The notes under the pieces: model-generated | What the model saw: the letters and a program-made list of their open reading frames with translations, nothing else | Database searches by the model: none | Told to the model about the DNA's origin: nothing | Assembly: GCA_022839995.1 (NCBI GenBank) | Contig: JALHIN010000006.1 | Span: forward strand, 9,539 to 73,538 | Direction: 5' to 3' | DNA from: Synergistota bacterium | GTDB taxonomy: Bacteria > Synergistota > Synergistia > Synergistales > 79-D21 | Length of the DNA stretch: 64,000 nt | In this document: one piece after another, positions 28,201-38,074 of the stretch | Layout: every line of letters starts with the position of its first letter | How positions within the stretch are numbered: the stretch's first letter is position 1 | Position numbers and translations under genes: made by a program

Positions 28201-28626
28201 ATGCTGGTCGGGACATTCGAACACAGGCTGGATTCAAAAGGACGCCTTGTGATTCCCGCCCGGTTCCGCGAGGAACTCGGGACCAGCATCGTGGCTTCTT
28301 TCGGGATCGACCGTTGCGTATCCATCTATTCGCTGAAGAGTTGGGAAGGAATTCTGGAAAAACTTCACAACCTGCCCTATTCGAAGGGAAAAACGCGGGA
28401 CCTGATCCGGGTGCTTCTTGCTTCGGCCCACGAACTCCCAATCGACCCTGCCGGTCGTGTCCTGCTGCCGCAATCCCTTCGAGAACAGGCGGGGATCGAC
28501 CAGGAGGTCAGCATCAACGGGGTTCTCGATCATCTCGAAGTTTGGGACTCCGAGGAATGGAATCGCTACAGGACCCGGGTCCTGGAAACCCTGCCGGAAA
28601 TCGCCGAGGAGGTTGACGGATTTTGA
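28201..28626 (+). CDS. mraZ: transcriptional regulator MraZ
   Basis: MLVGTFEHRLDSKGRLVIPARFRE plus a second DxxGR repeat (IDPAGRVLLP). GTGGGAGG lies 8 nt before ATG 28201; the track ORF begins at 28156. Confidence 0.93.
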   Translation: MLVGTFEHRLDSKGRLVIPARFREELGTSIVASFGIDRCVSIYSLKSWEGILEKLHNLPYSKGKTRDLIRVLLASAHELPIDPAGRVLLPQSLREQAGIDQEVSINGVLDHLEVWDSEEWNRYRTRVLETLPEIAEEVDGF

Positions 28627-29543
28627 TCGAGCACACTCCGGTCCTTCTCGAAGAAGTCGTTTCGCAATTGGCCAGGGAGGGGATTCCCTCTTTTGTGGTT
28701 GATGCCACGGTGGGACTCGGAGGCTATTCGGAACGGTTTCTCATCGAGTGGCCTTCCTGTAGGGTTCTCGGGATTGACCAGGACCCCATGGCGCTGGAGC
28801 GGACCGTCGTGCGCCTGTCAAAGCCGATAGAAGAAGGGCGTTTCCGAGTTTGCGCGGGGAATTTCAGGCAGCTGGGGCAATTTGTTAAGGAATCTGGCTG
28901 GGGGATGCCGGACGGGATTGTCTTCGACCTGGGAGTTTCCAACCTCCAGCTCTCCTTGTCGGAGAGAGGATTTTCCTTCCAGGAAGACGGCCCTCTTGAC
29001 ATGAGGATGGGTGCCGGCGAAAAGACCGCAGGAGACTTGCTCAAGGACCTATCGGAAGCAGAACTGCGGAGGCTGTTCCGTGATTATGGCGAAGAACCGC
29101 ATTCCGCGGCGATTGCCAGGGGTATCGTGAAGCACAGGGAGCAGAAAGGTCCCATCATGACGACGGGAGAATTGGTAAACGTGATTCGAACCGTTCTTCC
29201 GGCGCCGTTGCAAAGAAAAATGAACCGGCATCCTGCCCGAAGGATCTTTCAAGCTCTGCGGATCGCTGTCAACGACGAGATGGAGGCCCTGAGGGAGGGG
29301 CTCGACCAGGCAATCCGTTCCGTCAGCGGAAATGGGTGTGTCCTGGTCGTAAGCTATCACTCCCTTGAAGACAGGATCGTCAAGCACGCCTTCAACCAAT
29401 GGGAAACGGAAGGGTTGGGACGCAGGATGCCGAGAAAGGCGATCCAGGCTTCGCCGGAGGAGATCCAGAAAAACTACAAGTCCAGGAGCGCGATGTTGCG
29501 CGTTTTTCGAATGAGCGGTTCGAAGATCGGTCCAGGGAGGTGA
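28623..29543 (+). CDS. rsmH: 16S rRNA (cytosine1402-N4)-methyltransferase
   Basis: HTPVLLEEV, DATVGLGGYS, DLGVSNLQL and SYHSLEDRIVK motifs. The TTG start overlaps the mraZ stop. Confidence 0.95.
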   Translation: MIEHTPVLLEEVVSQLAREGIPSFVVDATVGLGGYSERFLIEWPSCRVLGIDQDPMALERTVVRLSKPIEEGRFRVCAGNFRQLGQFVKESGWGMPDGIVFDLGVSNLQLSLSERGFSFQEDGPLDMRMGAGEKTAGDLLKDLSEAELRRLFRDYGEEPHSAAIARGIVKHREQKGPIMTTGELVNVIRTVLPAPLQRKMNRHPARRIFQALRIAVNDEMEALREGLDQAIRSVSGNGCVLVVSYHSLEDRIVKHAFNQWETEGLGRRMPRKAIQASPEEIQKNYKSRSAMLRVFRMSGSKIGPGR

Positions 29544-29549
29544 AGAGCG

Positions 29550-29969
29550 ATGCCGTCTCCGGTCGGAACGAGAAAGCAGAAACAGCAAAAGGGGCGGGGA
29601 CATTCAGCCTTTGCTGCTGTAGCGGTCTTCATCGGGGTTCTCCTTATGGGGCTCGGGGGGCTTCGGATCTATAACATGAGCCTCGAACAGAGGTTAACCC
29701 GACTTAACGAGACGATTGAAAACTACCAGGAGCTTGAGTTGGATTTGAGAAACAAACTGGCTTCTTTACTATCTCCCTCAAGAGTGTATAGTGTGGCGAG
29801 TGCAAAAATGGGCATGGTAGCCGAGGGTTCGATCACGGTGGTGACAATTCCGGCTTCCGTTCGCCCTGCCCAGGTTGTCGCATTGCAGCCGGATTCCGGG
29901 AGGAAGGTGCAGGTGGCGGGTTTCAACCTGGCTGGTTTCTTCCGGAAAGAAGCTCACGCGCAGGACTAA
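29550..29969 (+). CDS. ftsL: cell division protein FtsL-like (bitopic, coiled coil)
   Basis: 139 aa: a basic N-terminus, one TM (FAAVAVFIGVLLMGLGGL), then a heptad-like segment. It holds the canonical slot between rsmH and ftsI. Confidence 0.7.
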   Translation: MPSPVGTRKQKQQKGRGHSAFAAVAVFIGVLLMGLGGLRIYNMSLEQRLTRLNETIENYQELELDLRNKLASLLSPSRVYSVASAKMGMVAEGSITVVTIPASVRPAQVVALQPDSGRKVQVAGFNLAGFFRKEAHAQD

Positions 29970-30068
29970 CCGGAAACTCTTCATCCAATCGGCAAGGGGG
30001 TAGTCAGGATCAGCCTGTTTAGACGCTTTGGAAATGTCTGGACCTGGCTCTTTCTTGCCCTTGCAGTT

Positions 30069-31673
30069 TTGGCGGCACGGCTTGTTTTCGTTCAGGCCCG
30101 GCCAGATCCGAGAACCGTCCTCCAGGCGAGCAGCCAGTATTGGACCCAGGTTTCCATCAGTACGAGCCGGGGAGTGATTCGCGACAGCCGGGGATCTGCC
30201 CTTGCGCTTTCCGTTCCTGCGACCAGCCTTTTCGTAGACCCCCAAGAATGGGATCCCGCGAATGCCGTCGAAGTCAAAAAAATATTGGGAGATCGGGTCC
30301 CCCCCGAAGTGATCGAGAAGATCTCCAAGCCGATGAAAGGACGCTTTGTCTGGGTTGCCAGGAAGGTTCCGCCCGAATTGGGCGCGAGGCTTCTTTCGAA
30401 AAAGTTGAAGGGACTCTACGCACTCAAGGAAAGGAAGAGGGTCTACCCGCAGGGAAAGCTGCTGGCCCACGTTCTCGGTTTCTGCGATATCGACGACGAG
30501 GGCCTTGCCGGGCTTGAGCAGTCTTGGCAAGAGATCCTTTACTCTCCTCCTCAAGTGAAGATCCTGGCTAGGGACGCAGCAGGGCAGGGCATCGACCTCC
30601 TCTCGTTGCAAAAAACGACCAAGGTCCAGGGACCGGGGGAGCTTACGCTCACCATCGATCCGATCCTTCAAATGATCGTTGAAAAACGGCTCGAGGAAGC
30701 GACCATGGAGTACAAGCCGAAATGGGCTGCAGCGGTTTGCCTTGATCCGAGGACCGGGGCCGTTCTGGCTTCCGCTTCGTGGCCTTCGTTCGATCCGAAC
30801 CGGAGAGAAACCTTGCTGGATCCGACGGTCCGGATGAACAACGTCATCGGTAGGGTGTATGAACCGGGTTCCACCCTGAAACCGGTCATTATGGCGATTG
30901 CCATGGAGCAGGGGATGGTGAGGGAAAACGAGACCTTCCACTGCGCCGGTCGAGTCCGGATCGCCGACGGGATGGTGACGGACATCAAGGCACATGGCAG
31001 CGAGATCCTGCAGGACCTGATCGTCAATAGCTGCAACGTCGGGATGGCGCAGATCGGAATTCGTTTCAGGCCCCGGTTTGCCTACGACAACCTGAAGCAG
31101 TGGGGGTTTTCCGAGCCGAGCGGGGTAGAGCTCCCGGCCGAGGAAGCTGGGTTGGTCAGTACTCCTGAGCAATGGAGAGGTGTAGTGCCTGCAAATATCG
31201 CGATCGGCCAGGGGGTCGGCGTGACACCGCTTCAGCTGGTTACAGCCCTCTCGGCCGTGATCAACGGTGGGCGGTGCATCCGGCCTTTTATCGTGAAGGA
31301 AGCCAGGGACGGCAAGGGGAACGTCGTGTACCGCGGCGAAGAATGCGTTCGGAATGTCGTCATATCGAAAAAGACGAGCGATTGGGTTCGGACGGCGATG
31401 CGACGGGTGGTTACCAATGGAACGGGGAAGGCCGCCAACTCCCCCCATGTTGCGGTAGGCGGGAAAACAGGCACGGCACAGGTTGCTGAAAAGGGCAAAT
31501 ACGTCAAGGGAAGGTTCGTTGCCTCTTTCGTGGGGTTTTGGCCGGCGGAGGATCCAGATCATATCCTACTGATCGTGCTGGGGGAACCTTCCCAGAAGGG
31601 GCACCTCGGGGGCGCGATTGCGGCGCCCGCCTTCAGGGCGATTCTTGAAGATTATCTTTTGCTTGCCAGATAG
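30069..31673 (+). CDS. ftsI: penicillin-binding protein 2B / FtsI-type transpeptidase
   Basis: PBP dimerisation domain plus transpeptidase domain with STLKP (SxxK), SCN (SxN) and KTGT motifs. TTG 30069 is the first canonical start, but the TM anchor is encoded in frame upstream (30009-30068), so the true start is probably earlier and non-canonical. Confidence 0.9.
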   Translation: MAARLVFVQARPDPRTVLQASSQYWTQVSISTSRGVIRDSRGSALALSVPATSLFVDPQEWDPANAVEVKKILGDRVPPEVIEKISKPMKGRFVWVARKVPPELGARLLSKKLKGLYALKERKRVYPQGKLLAHVLGFCDIDDEGLAGLEQSWQEILYSPPQVKILARDAAGQGIDLLSLQKTTKVQGPGELTLTIDPILQMIVEKRLEEATMEYKPKWAAAVCLDPRTGAVLASASWPSFDPNRRETLLDPTVRMNNVIGRVYEPGSTLKPVIMAIAMEQGMVRENETFHCAGRVRIADGMVTDIKAHGSEILQDLIVNSCNVGMAQIGIRFRPRFAYDNLKQWGFSEPSGVELPAEEAGLVSTPEQWRGVVPANIAIGQGVGVTPLQLVTALSAVINGGRCIRPFIVKEARDGKGNVVYRGEECVRNVVISKKTSDWVRTAMRRVVTNGTGKAANSPHVAVGGKTGTAQVAEKGKYVKGRFVASFVGFWPAEDPDHILLIVLGEPSQKGHLGGAIAAPAFRAILEDYLLLAR

Positions 31674-31703
31674 ATCATCCGCCTGGAGAGGAGCCGGTGT
31701 CTG

Positions 31704-33221
31704 ATGGATTTCAAGGAAATCATCGCCCATCTTGATGAAAAAGGCCGATTCTGCTCTGCTACCTGGGGAGCAGTCTCCTCCGACGGTGTCCTTGAGATCG
31801 AGCGAATCGCTCACCATACGGAGAAAGTGACCCCGGGCTCACTTTTCTGCTGCCTGAAGGGGGAACGCTTCGACGGCCATGATTTCGCAAAGGAAGCCCA
31901 CCGGAAGGGAGCCGTTGCAATCCTCTGCGAGAGGCCCCTTCCCTTGGACATCCCGCAGATTCTTGTCGATGATGCGAGGAAGGCGGTCAACTCGCTATCT
32001 GCACATTTTTACGGGAACCCCGGGGAAAAGTTGAAAATGATTGCCATCACGGGAACAAACGGAAAGAGCACAACCACTTACCTCATCCGGTCCATCCTAG
32101 CTTCGGCTAGCCTGCCTTCTGGCCTTCTGGGGACGATCGTCTACCACGACGGAATCCAGGAAACCCTGGCCGAGCGGACAACACCCGAGTGTGTCGAGAT
32201 CCAGGAATGGCTTTCCCGGATGGTGCGAAACGGAAGCAAGGCCTGCGTCATGGAAGCCTCTTCCCACGGACTCGTACAAGGGCGGCTTGAAGGCTGCCGG
32301 TTCGATGCAGTCGGATTTACGAACCTGACACCGGAACACCTGGATTACCACGGGAACATGGAAACCTATTTTCAGGCGAAGCGAAAACTCTTTGGGGAAT
32401 ATACGCGCGGGGAATGGTCCGGGGCTGCGAATGCGGACGACCCTTACGGGAAACGTCTCCTTGACGAGTTCCCGGAAAACGTCGTTCCATACGGGGTGGT
32501 CAATTGCGGCAAGAACACGGTCCATGCCTTCGTTCGATACATGGGGCTGGAAGGGATTCGACTCGACCTTTTCTTCCCGTCCGGGAGTGCCGCACGAGAC
32601 TTGAAGGTTCCCTTGACGGGCCGATACAACGTCTACAACATCCTGACCTCGGCGACGGTTGCCTGGGGACTTGGATTGGACGAAGAAGCCATTGGACTTG
32701 GCCTCGAAAGGGTTCCCCAAGTTCCGGGGCGGCTGGAACGATACCTGTTTGAAAACGGAGTTTGCTGCATCATCGACTATGCCCATAGCCCGGACGCTCT
32801 TCGCAATGTTTTGAAAACGCTGGGAGAGTTGGTCCAGGGGAAGATCTGGTCTGTCTTTGGAATGGGGGGTGACCGTTACGCCCCGAATCGACCCCTCATG
32901 GGGGAAGTCGCATCGGAATTGGCAGACGAACTCGTTATCACGATGGACAATCCCCGAAGTGAAGATCCCGCGGAAATCGCCCGCCAAATCGAGGCGGGAT
33001 TGAAAGAAGGGCTCAGGCTGAAAACGCACCGGACCATTCTTGACCGGTCGGAAGCGATCCACTATGCCCTCGACCACGCCTGTTCCGGGGATGTCGTCCT
33101 TGTTTCCGGAAAGGGCCCCGAACCGTACATCATCATCCGGGAGAAAACCCTGCCCTACAGCGACAAGGAAACGGTGAAGAACTGGGCAAAGTCCCGGGGA
33201 ATGGAGTTCCCCAATGCATAG
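31704..33221 (+). CDS. murE: UDP-N-acetylmuramoyl-L-alanyl-D-glutamate--2,6-diaminopimelate ligase
   Basis: Mur ligase with P-loop GTNGKSTTTYL. The DNPR motif (MDNPRSEDP) indicates meso-DAP specificity. Confidence 0.95.
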   Translation: MDFKEIIAHLDEKGRFCSATWGAVSSDGVLEIERIAHHTEKVTPGSLFCCLKGERFDGHDFAKEAHRKGAVAILCERPLPLDIPQILVDDARKAVNSLSAHFYGNPGEKLKMIAITGTNGKSTTTYLIRSILASASLPSGLLGTIVYHDGIQETLAERTTPECVEIQEWLSRMVRNGSKACVMEASSHGLVQGRLEGCRFDAVGFTNLTPEHLDYHGNMETYFQAKRKLFGEYTRGEWSGAANADDPYGKRLLDEFPENVVPYGVVNCGKNTVHAFVRYMGLEGIRLDLFFPSGSAARDLKVPLTGRYNVYNILTSATVAWGLGLDEEAIGLGLERVPQVPGRLERYLFENGVCCIIDYAHSPDALRNVLKTLGELVQGKIWSVFGMGGDRYAPNRPLMGEVASELADELVITMDNPRSEDPAEIARQIEAGLKEGLRLKTHRTILDRSEAIHYALDHACSGDVVLVSGKGPEPYIIIREKTLPYSDKETVKNWAKSRGMEFPNA

Positions 33222-34608
33222 GAAAAGGTTCGGCCTCTCGCAATCGGCTGCTTTTTGCGGCGGCATCGTGAAGGGGCCGGAAATCCCCCTGCCTGAAAAC
33301 ATTTGGCCGGACAGCAGGGATGTTCGTGAGGGAGACGGGTTTATTGCCCTTCCTGGAGAGCATACCGACGGACACCGTTTTGTGGGGGCCGCACTGGAAA
33401 ATGGAGCCAGGCTCGTTATCGGAACGCCCGAGGGGATCGCCCCATGGGAAGGCAGAATCCTGGAAAAAGGGGCTTCCTGCCTTGTGGTCAAGGATGCGGA
33501 GATCGCCCTCGTGCGGATTGCCGAAGAGTACCTTCGGGAGGTCTCCCCGAAGGTGAGAATCGCCGTGACCGGCAGCGTCGGAAAAACGACGACACGGGAG
33601 TTGATCCGATCCGCACTCGATCCGGCCTTTCGAGTCCATTCTGCCAAGAGAAGCCACAACACCCGGATCGGCTGCGCGCTGACCGTGCTTTCCATGCCTC
33701 CTGAATCGGACGTGCTTTTGCTCGAAATGGGAACGAACCACCCCGGAGAAATCAGCGGCATCGTGGAACATTTTCCTCCGACCCTAGCCGTAATTACGGG
33801 TGTTGCACCGGTTCACCTTGAGGGACTCCGTGACCTGGACGGCGTTCTGTCGGCAAAACTTGAAATCATCCCCAGGGAAGGGTTGAATCTGCTCATCTAC
33901 AACGCGGACGACCCGAAACTGAGCCATGCCCTTGAAGGGACCCAGCGCGCTTTCAGAATCGCCGGCGTCGGTTTCCGCAAAGGGAGCGCCTTGCTGCTGA
34001 CGGGAGCGGAGGCGGTTCAGGAAGGGAACCTTAGGGTCGGGTTGTCCTACGGCGGGCAGACCTGGGTTTGCCAATCCCTGCTCAAGGGAGCGCATCACGC
34101 TTACAACATCGGGTTCGCGGTCATGGTCGGAGTTTCCCTCGGTGTTTCCCCGGAGGTTCTCCTGAAAGGGATTTCCGAGATGGGTCCACTGCGGGGTAGA
34201 GGAAGGTGGATTCGCGACGGCCGCGTGCACCTGATCATCGACGAATCCTACAACGCGAATCCATCCTCGGTAGCAGCGGCACTCAGGGTTCTTCAATCGC
34301 TCGTGGTTCCGGGACGGCGCATCGTGGTGCTTGGCGGTATGAGGGAACTCGGAGAGGAATCCGCGAAAATGCACACCGAGATTTTCGGCATGACCGATTC
34401 CCTGGATGGGGTGATCCTTATCGGGGAAGAGTGGGAAAGGGTTACCGATACTTCGACAGGTAGAAAGGCTGCTGTCTGGCGGGTAAGGGATTCGGAGGAG
34501 GCAGCCACCCTTCTGGAGGACCTGGTCAAGAAGGATGATACCGTACTGGTTAAGGGCTCGCGGAGCTATGGGCTCGAACGGGTCGTGGAAAGGCTGGAAA
34601 TGCCATGA
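33214..34608 (+). CDS. murF: UDP-N-acetylmuramoyl-tripeptide--D-alanyl-D-alanine ligase
   Basis: Mur ligase with P-loop TGSVGKTTT and DESYNANP motif. Overlaps the murE stop. Confidence 0.93.
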   Translation: MHRKRFGLSQSAAFCGGIVKGPEIPLPENIWPDSRDVREGDGFIALPGEHTDGHRFVGAALENGARLVIGTPEGIAPWEGRILEKGASCLVVKDAEIALVRIAEEYLREVSPKVRIAVTGSVGKTTTRELIRSALDPAFRVHSAKRSHNTRIGCALTVLSMPPESDVLLLEMGTNHPGEISGIVEHFPPTLAVITGVAPVHLEGLRDLDGVLSAKLEIIPREGLNLLIYNADDPKLSHALEGTQRAFRIAGVGFRKGSALLLTGAEAVQEGNLRVGLSYGGQTWVCQSLLKGAHHAYNIGFAVMVGVSLGVSPEVLLKGISEMGPLRGRGRWIRDGRVHLIIDESYNANPSSVAAALRVLQSLVVPGRRIVVLGGMRELGEESAKMHTEIFGMTDSLDGVILIGEEWERVTDTSTGRKAAVWRVRDSEEAATLLEDLVKKDDTVLVKGSRSYGLERVVERLEMP

Positions 34609-35570
34609 ACAGCGTTGCCTGCTGGGTTCTTTTTGTCGTGACGGCTGTTTTCACGATCGTGCTGGAGGGGCTATGGATCCGCCTGGTTCGCAAGTGGGAA
34701 GTCCGACAGGTGGAGAAGTCGTACGGCCTTTCTTCCCACCTGGAGCGGAAAACCGGAACGCCTACGATGGGAGGGGTCGTTTTCCCGATCGTATGCTGTC
34801 TTTCTCTCGCAGCAACCGGGATCCTCTCGTGGGAAACGGTCCCGGGCCTGTTGGGGCTGCCCCTTGGAGCCTTTGCCGTAGGATTCACCGATGATTGGCT
34901 CAAATTCACGAATCGGTCGAGCGAAGGATTGAAATCCCTTGAGAAACTGGCGCTTCAGCTTCTTGTCGCGATCCCGTGGAGTGCCTACGTCCTCCTCGTG
35001 AGCCGATGGGATCCTTTCCCAGGAATCCAGCTCGGCTTGTTTCCGGCGATCGGGCTTTTGATCTTTTTCAGTGTCGGGATGATGAATGCCGTGAATGTAA
35101 CGGATGGACTGGACGGCCTTGCCGCAGGGGCTTCTGGACTCAGCTGCATCGGCTTGGCACTTCTCCCGGCCATCCGCCCTGCGGTATCGGGATATGCCTC
35201 CCTGGTCGGTGCGGGAATCTGCGCGGGATTTTTGTGGCATAACGCACACCCTGCAAAGGTCTTCATGGGGGACTGCGGTTCCCACTTTCTCGGCGGACTC
35301 CTGGTCAGCCTGTGTGTTTCAAGCGGCGGACTCCCGCTGTTGATCCCCTTTGGATTTCTTTTCGGAATCGAGATCGCGAGCGTGGCTGTCCAGATCGTAT
35401 CAATCAGGGGGTTCGGGAGAAAGGTTTTTCGAATGAGCCCCATCCACCATCATTTCGAACTCCTCGGGTGGCATGAAACGCAAGTTGTCGTCCGCTTCTG
35501 GCTGATTCATGCCGCGGGAATGATTGCGACCGGGGTTGTCCTGAAAAAGGCCATGGAAACCTGGGGGTAA
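34605..35570 (+). CDS. mraY: phospho-N-acetylmuramoyl-pentapeptide transferase
   Basis: Polytopic protein with NAVNVTDGLDGLA and PAKVFMGDCGS motifs. ATGA overlap with murF. Confidence 0.96.
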   Translation: MNSVACWVLFVVTAVFTIVLEGLWIRLVRKWEVRQVEKSYGLSSHLERKTGTPTMGGVVFPIVCCLSLAATGILSWETVPGLLGLPLGAFAVGFTDDWLKFTNRSSEGLKSLEKLALQLLVAIPWSAYVLLVSRWDPFPGIQLGLFPAIGLLIFFSVGMMNAVNVTDGLDGLAAGASGLSCIGLALLPAIRPAVSGYASLVGAGICAGFLWHNAHPAKVFMGDCGSHFLGGLLVSLCVSSGGLPLLIPFGFLFGIEIASVAVQIVSIRGFGRKVFRMSPIHHHFELLGWHETQVVVRFWLIHAAGMIATGVVLKKAMETWG

Positions 35571-35574
35571 GCAG

Positions 35575-36963
35575 ATGCAGATCGATGAGTCCATTGAAGG
35601 AATTCGAATCGGGATTGTCGGCTCAGGGGTGAGCGGCCTCTCACTGGCTTCCCTGGCGAAACGAAAGAATGCACGGGTTTTCGTTTCCGACAGCGGGCCC
35701 TTCCGGGAGAGTGCGGCAAGACAACTGGAATCGATGGGAATCGATTTCGAGTTCGGAGGCCATGGCAGAGTCCTTTGGGAATCAGACCTGATCGTCCTCA
35801 GCTCGGGGATCGCTCCTTCGGCGGTTCCAGTCCAGGAAGCGAAGCGCAGGGGGATCCCGCTGGTCGGGGAGCTTGACTTTGTCGCTCCGTACCTGAAGGG
35901 AAAGCGGGTGGGGGTCACGGGCAGCAATGGCAAGTCAACGACCACCGCCCTTCTCGGTCACTTGCTGCAGGGGATGGGGAGAAAAGCGGTAGCAGTCGGG
36001 AACATCGGCAACCCGCTGGCCGATTACGCCGACCTTCCCATCGATGTCCTCGTGATGGAATTGAGCAGCTTCCAGCTCTTCTGGGCCAATCGGCTCTCCG
36101 TTGATGTCGCGATCGTGACGAACCTCGACCCGGATCACCTCGACTGGCATGGTTCCTACGAAAACTACGTTGCGGCAAAAGCGAACCTGCTTCGAATGCA
36201 GCAAGCGGGAAGCTGGGCCATCCTTCAGGGAAGGGACCTGCGATTCTTCAGGGAAGCTGCCCACGTGAAAAAGGTCTCCCTTGGAGCAAACGAGGAGTTC
36301 CCGACAGAAGGGTGGATCGAGATGGGGGAGCGGGAGGCGGTCCTTTGGAGGGGGAAGACCCCGAAAAGGCTATTCTCTTTTGAACGCCTGCCGCTGCTGG
36401 GAAAACACAATCTCGAGAACGCGGCCATGGCGATGGCCGCGTTCGAGGTGCTGGGTTTCGATGCAGGAATGGCTGAACCCCTGCTTGAAGGTTTTTCGGC
36501 TTTGCCGCACCGATGCGAGGAAGTCGCTACGATCAACGGCGTCCGGTACGTGGATGATTCGAAGGGAACCAACGTGGCGGCGTCTGTCACGGCTCTCGGC
36601 TCCCTTCCGGGTGTCAAGATCGTTATCCTGGGAGGACAGGGAAAGGGAGAGGATTACGCCCCTCTGGCCCTGGCGGTCAAGCGCCATGCACGAGTCGCCC
36701 TGGTCATGGGAACGGAACGGGAGAAGATCTGTGACGCCCTGGAAGAAGCCGGTTTTGAAGGGATTCTCAAAGTCCGGGACATGGAAGAAGCGGTCCAAAA
36801 GGCATTTCGGGAGGCCTTGCCGGGAGAAACGGTGCTCCTCTCGCCCGCCTGCACGAGTTGGGACGCCTACCCGAACTACAAGGAGAGAGGAAAGCACTTC
36901 CAGCGGCTGGTCCACGCGATCCGGGAGGGAGAAAAGTTTGACGAATCTTCGGAACGGACCTGA
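35575..36963 (+). CDS. murD: UDP-N-acetylmuramoylalanine--D-glutamate ligase
   Basis: Rossmann-like N-terminus GIVGSGVSG and Mur ligase P-loop GVTGSNGKSTT. Confidence 0.95.
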   Translation: MQIDESIEGIRIGIVGSGVSGLSLASLAKRKNARVFVSDSGPFRESAARQLESMGIDFEFGGHGRVLWESDLIVLSSGIAPSAVPVQEAKRRGIPLVGELDFVAPYLKGKRVGVTGSNGKSTTTALLGHLLQGMGRKAVAVGNIGNPLADYADLPIDVLVMELSSFQLFWANRLSVDVAIVTNLDPDHLDWHGSYENYVAAKANLLRMQQAGSWAILQGRDLRFFREAAHVKKVSLGANEEFPTEGWIEMGEREAVLWRGKTPKRLFSFERLPLLGKHNLENAAMAMAAFEVLGFDAGMAEPLLEGFSALPHRCEEVATINGVRYVDDSKGTNVAASVTALGSLPGVKIVILGGQGKGEDYAPLALAVKRHARVALVMGTEREKICDALEEAGFEGILKVRDMEEAVQKAFREALPGETVLLSPACTSWDAYPNYKERGKHFQRLVHAIREGEKFDESSERT

Positions 36964-38074
36964 TACCGGCTCTGCCCTCGTCCGCGAAGACTGCGGTACG
37001 GATCCTCTCTTGTGGCTGATCCCGCTTCTCCTGAGCGGGATAGGAGTCATCATGATCAGTTCTTCTTCCAGCCCGATCTCCATGGCGCGCTTTGGCACTC
37101 CGCAGGCGCTGGGTGTGAAGCAGGCGGTCTGGATCTTGGTAGGAATGGCTGCCATGCTTTTCTCCTATTCGATACCGGTTCAAACCTTGAGAAAAGGAAG
37201 TGGGGTTTTCTGGCTGGCCGCCGTGGGATTCTGCTTCCTGCCGCTCCTTCCCCTAACGGGGGTGACGGCGGGCGGAGCCAGGCGTTGGGTCAACCTGGGG
37301 CTTGTCACGGTGCAGGCTGCCGATATCCTCTTCCTTGCTTTTACGATCCACGCCAGCAGAAAACTCTTTGAATCCCGGGAGAGAGAAACCCGAACCGGTG
37401 CCCTGGTCAAAGTCGGGATCTTGTGGGCGATTTCAGCCGTGCCGCTCCTCCTCCAGCCGGATATGGGGAGCACGATTCTCGTCTTCGTTCTGGCTATGGG
37501 GATCTACGTCCCGCTTTATGGCTGGACGCTTCCCCTCGTGCTAGGTGGAGGAATCGGCGTGGCAGGGTTCCCGTTCATTTTCACCCATGGCTACCGGTTG
37601 AGGCGACTGGAAGCGTTTCTCGATCCCTGGGCGGATCCGCTTGGGAGCGGTTTCCAGGCAATCCAGGGGCTGGTCGCGTTTGCAAACGGCGGGATTTGGG
37701 GAATGGGCCTCGGGCAGGGACTCCAGAAACTCAAATACCTTCCTGCATCCCATACCGACTTTATCCTGGCGGCGATCGGCGAGGAGCTGGGGCTGGCCGG
37801 TACCCTCGCAGTGCTTGCCCTCTTCGGTTGCTGGTTCTACAGGCTGTTCATCCACTATCGCCGATTGGAGGGGACGTTTGAGGCCTGCCTTGTCTGGGGG
37901 CTTTGCCTGAACGTCTTTTCCCAAATGGCCATCAACGTCGCCGGCGTGACGAAGCTAATTCCCCTAACGGGGATGCCCTTGCCCTTCCTGAGTTACGGAG
38001 GGAGCTCCCTCGTCATGATGTGGGCACGGGTGGGGCTTCTCCTGAGGCTAAGCCGATGCCGGCGACTGGGATGA
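36938..38074 (+). CDS. ftsW: SEDS-family lipid II flippase/peptidoglycan polymerase FtsW
   Basis: About 10 TM helices with QPDMGS, HTDFILA and LPFLSYGGSS motifs. ORF 36281..38074 is trimmed to TTG 36938, 7 nt after GGGAGGGAG; the 5' part of the ORF overlaps murD. Confidence 0.9.
   Translation: MTNLRNGPDTGSALVREDCGTDPLLWLIPLLLSGIGVIMISSSSSPISMARFGTPQALGVKQAVWILVGMAAMLFSYSIPVQTLRKGSGVFWLAAVGFCFLPLLPLTGVTAGGARRWVNLGLVTVQAADILFLAFTIHASRKLFESRERETRTGALVKVGILWAISAVPLLLQPDMGSTILVFVLAMGIYVPLYGWTLPLVLGGGIGVAGFPFIFTHGYRLRRLEAFLDPWADPLGSGFQAIQGLVAFANGGIWGMGLGQGLQKLKYLPASHTDFILAAIGEELGLAGTLAVLALFGCWFYRLFIHYRRLEGTFEACLVWGLCLNVFSQMAINVAGVTKLIPLTGMPLPFLSYGGSSLVMMWARVGLLLRLSRCRRLG

Noticed and set aside
36281-36937. 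5' extensions of real genes created by the longest-ORF rule: ftsW 36281-36937, Nudix 7425-7988, nfo 8426-8578, galU 12893-13012, murG 37903-38070, mraZ 28156-28200, gap 57582-57683, pgk 58643-58705.
   Set aside because: The extensions overlap the upstream gene in another frame or translate to junk. In each case a downstream start with a good SD reproduces the conserved family N-terminus.
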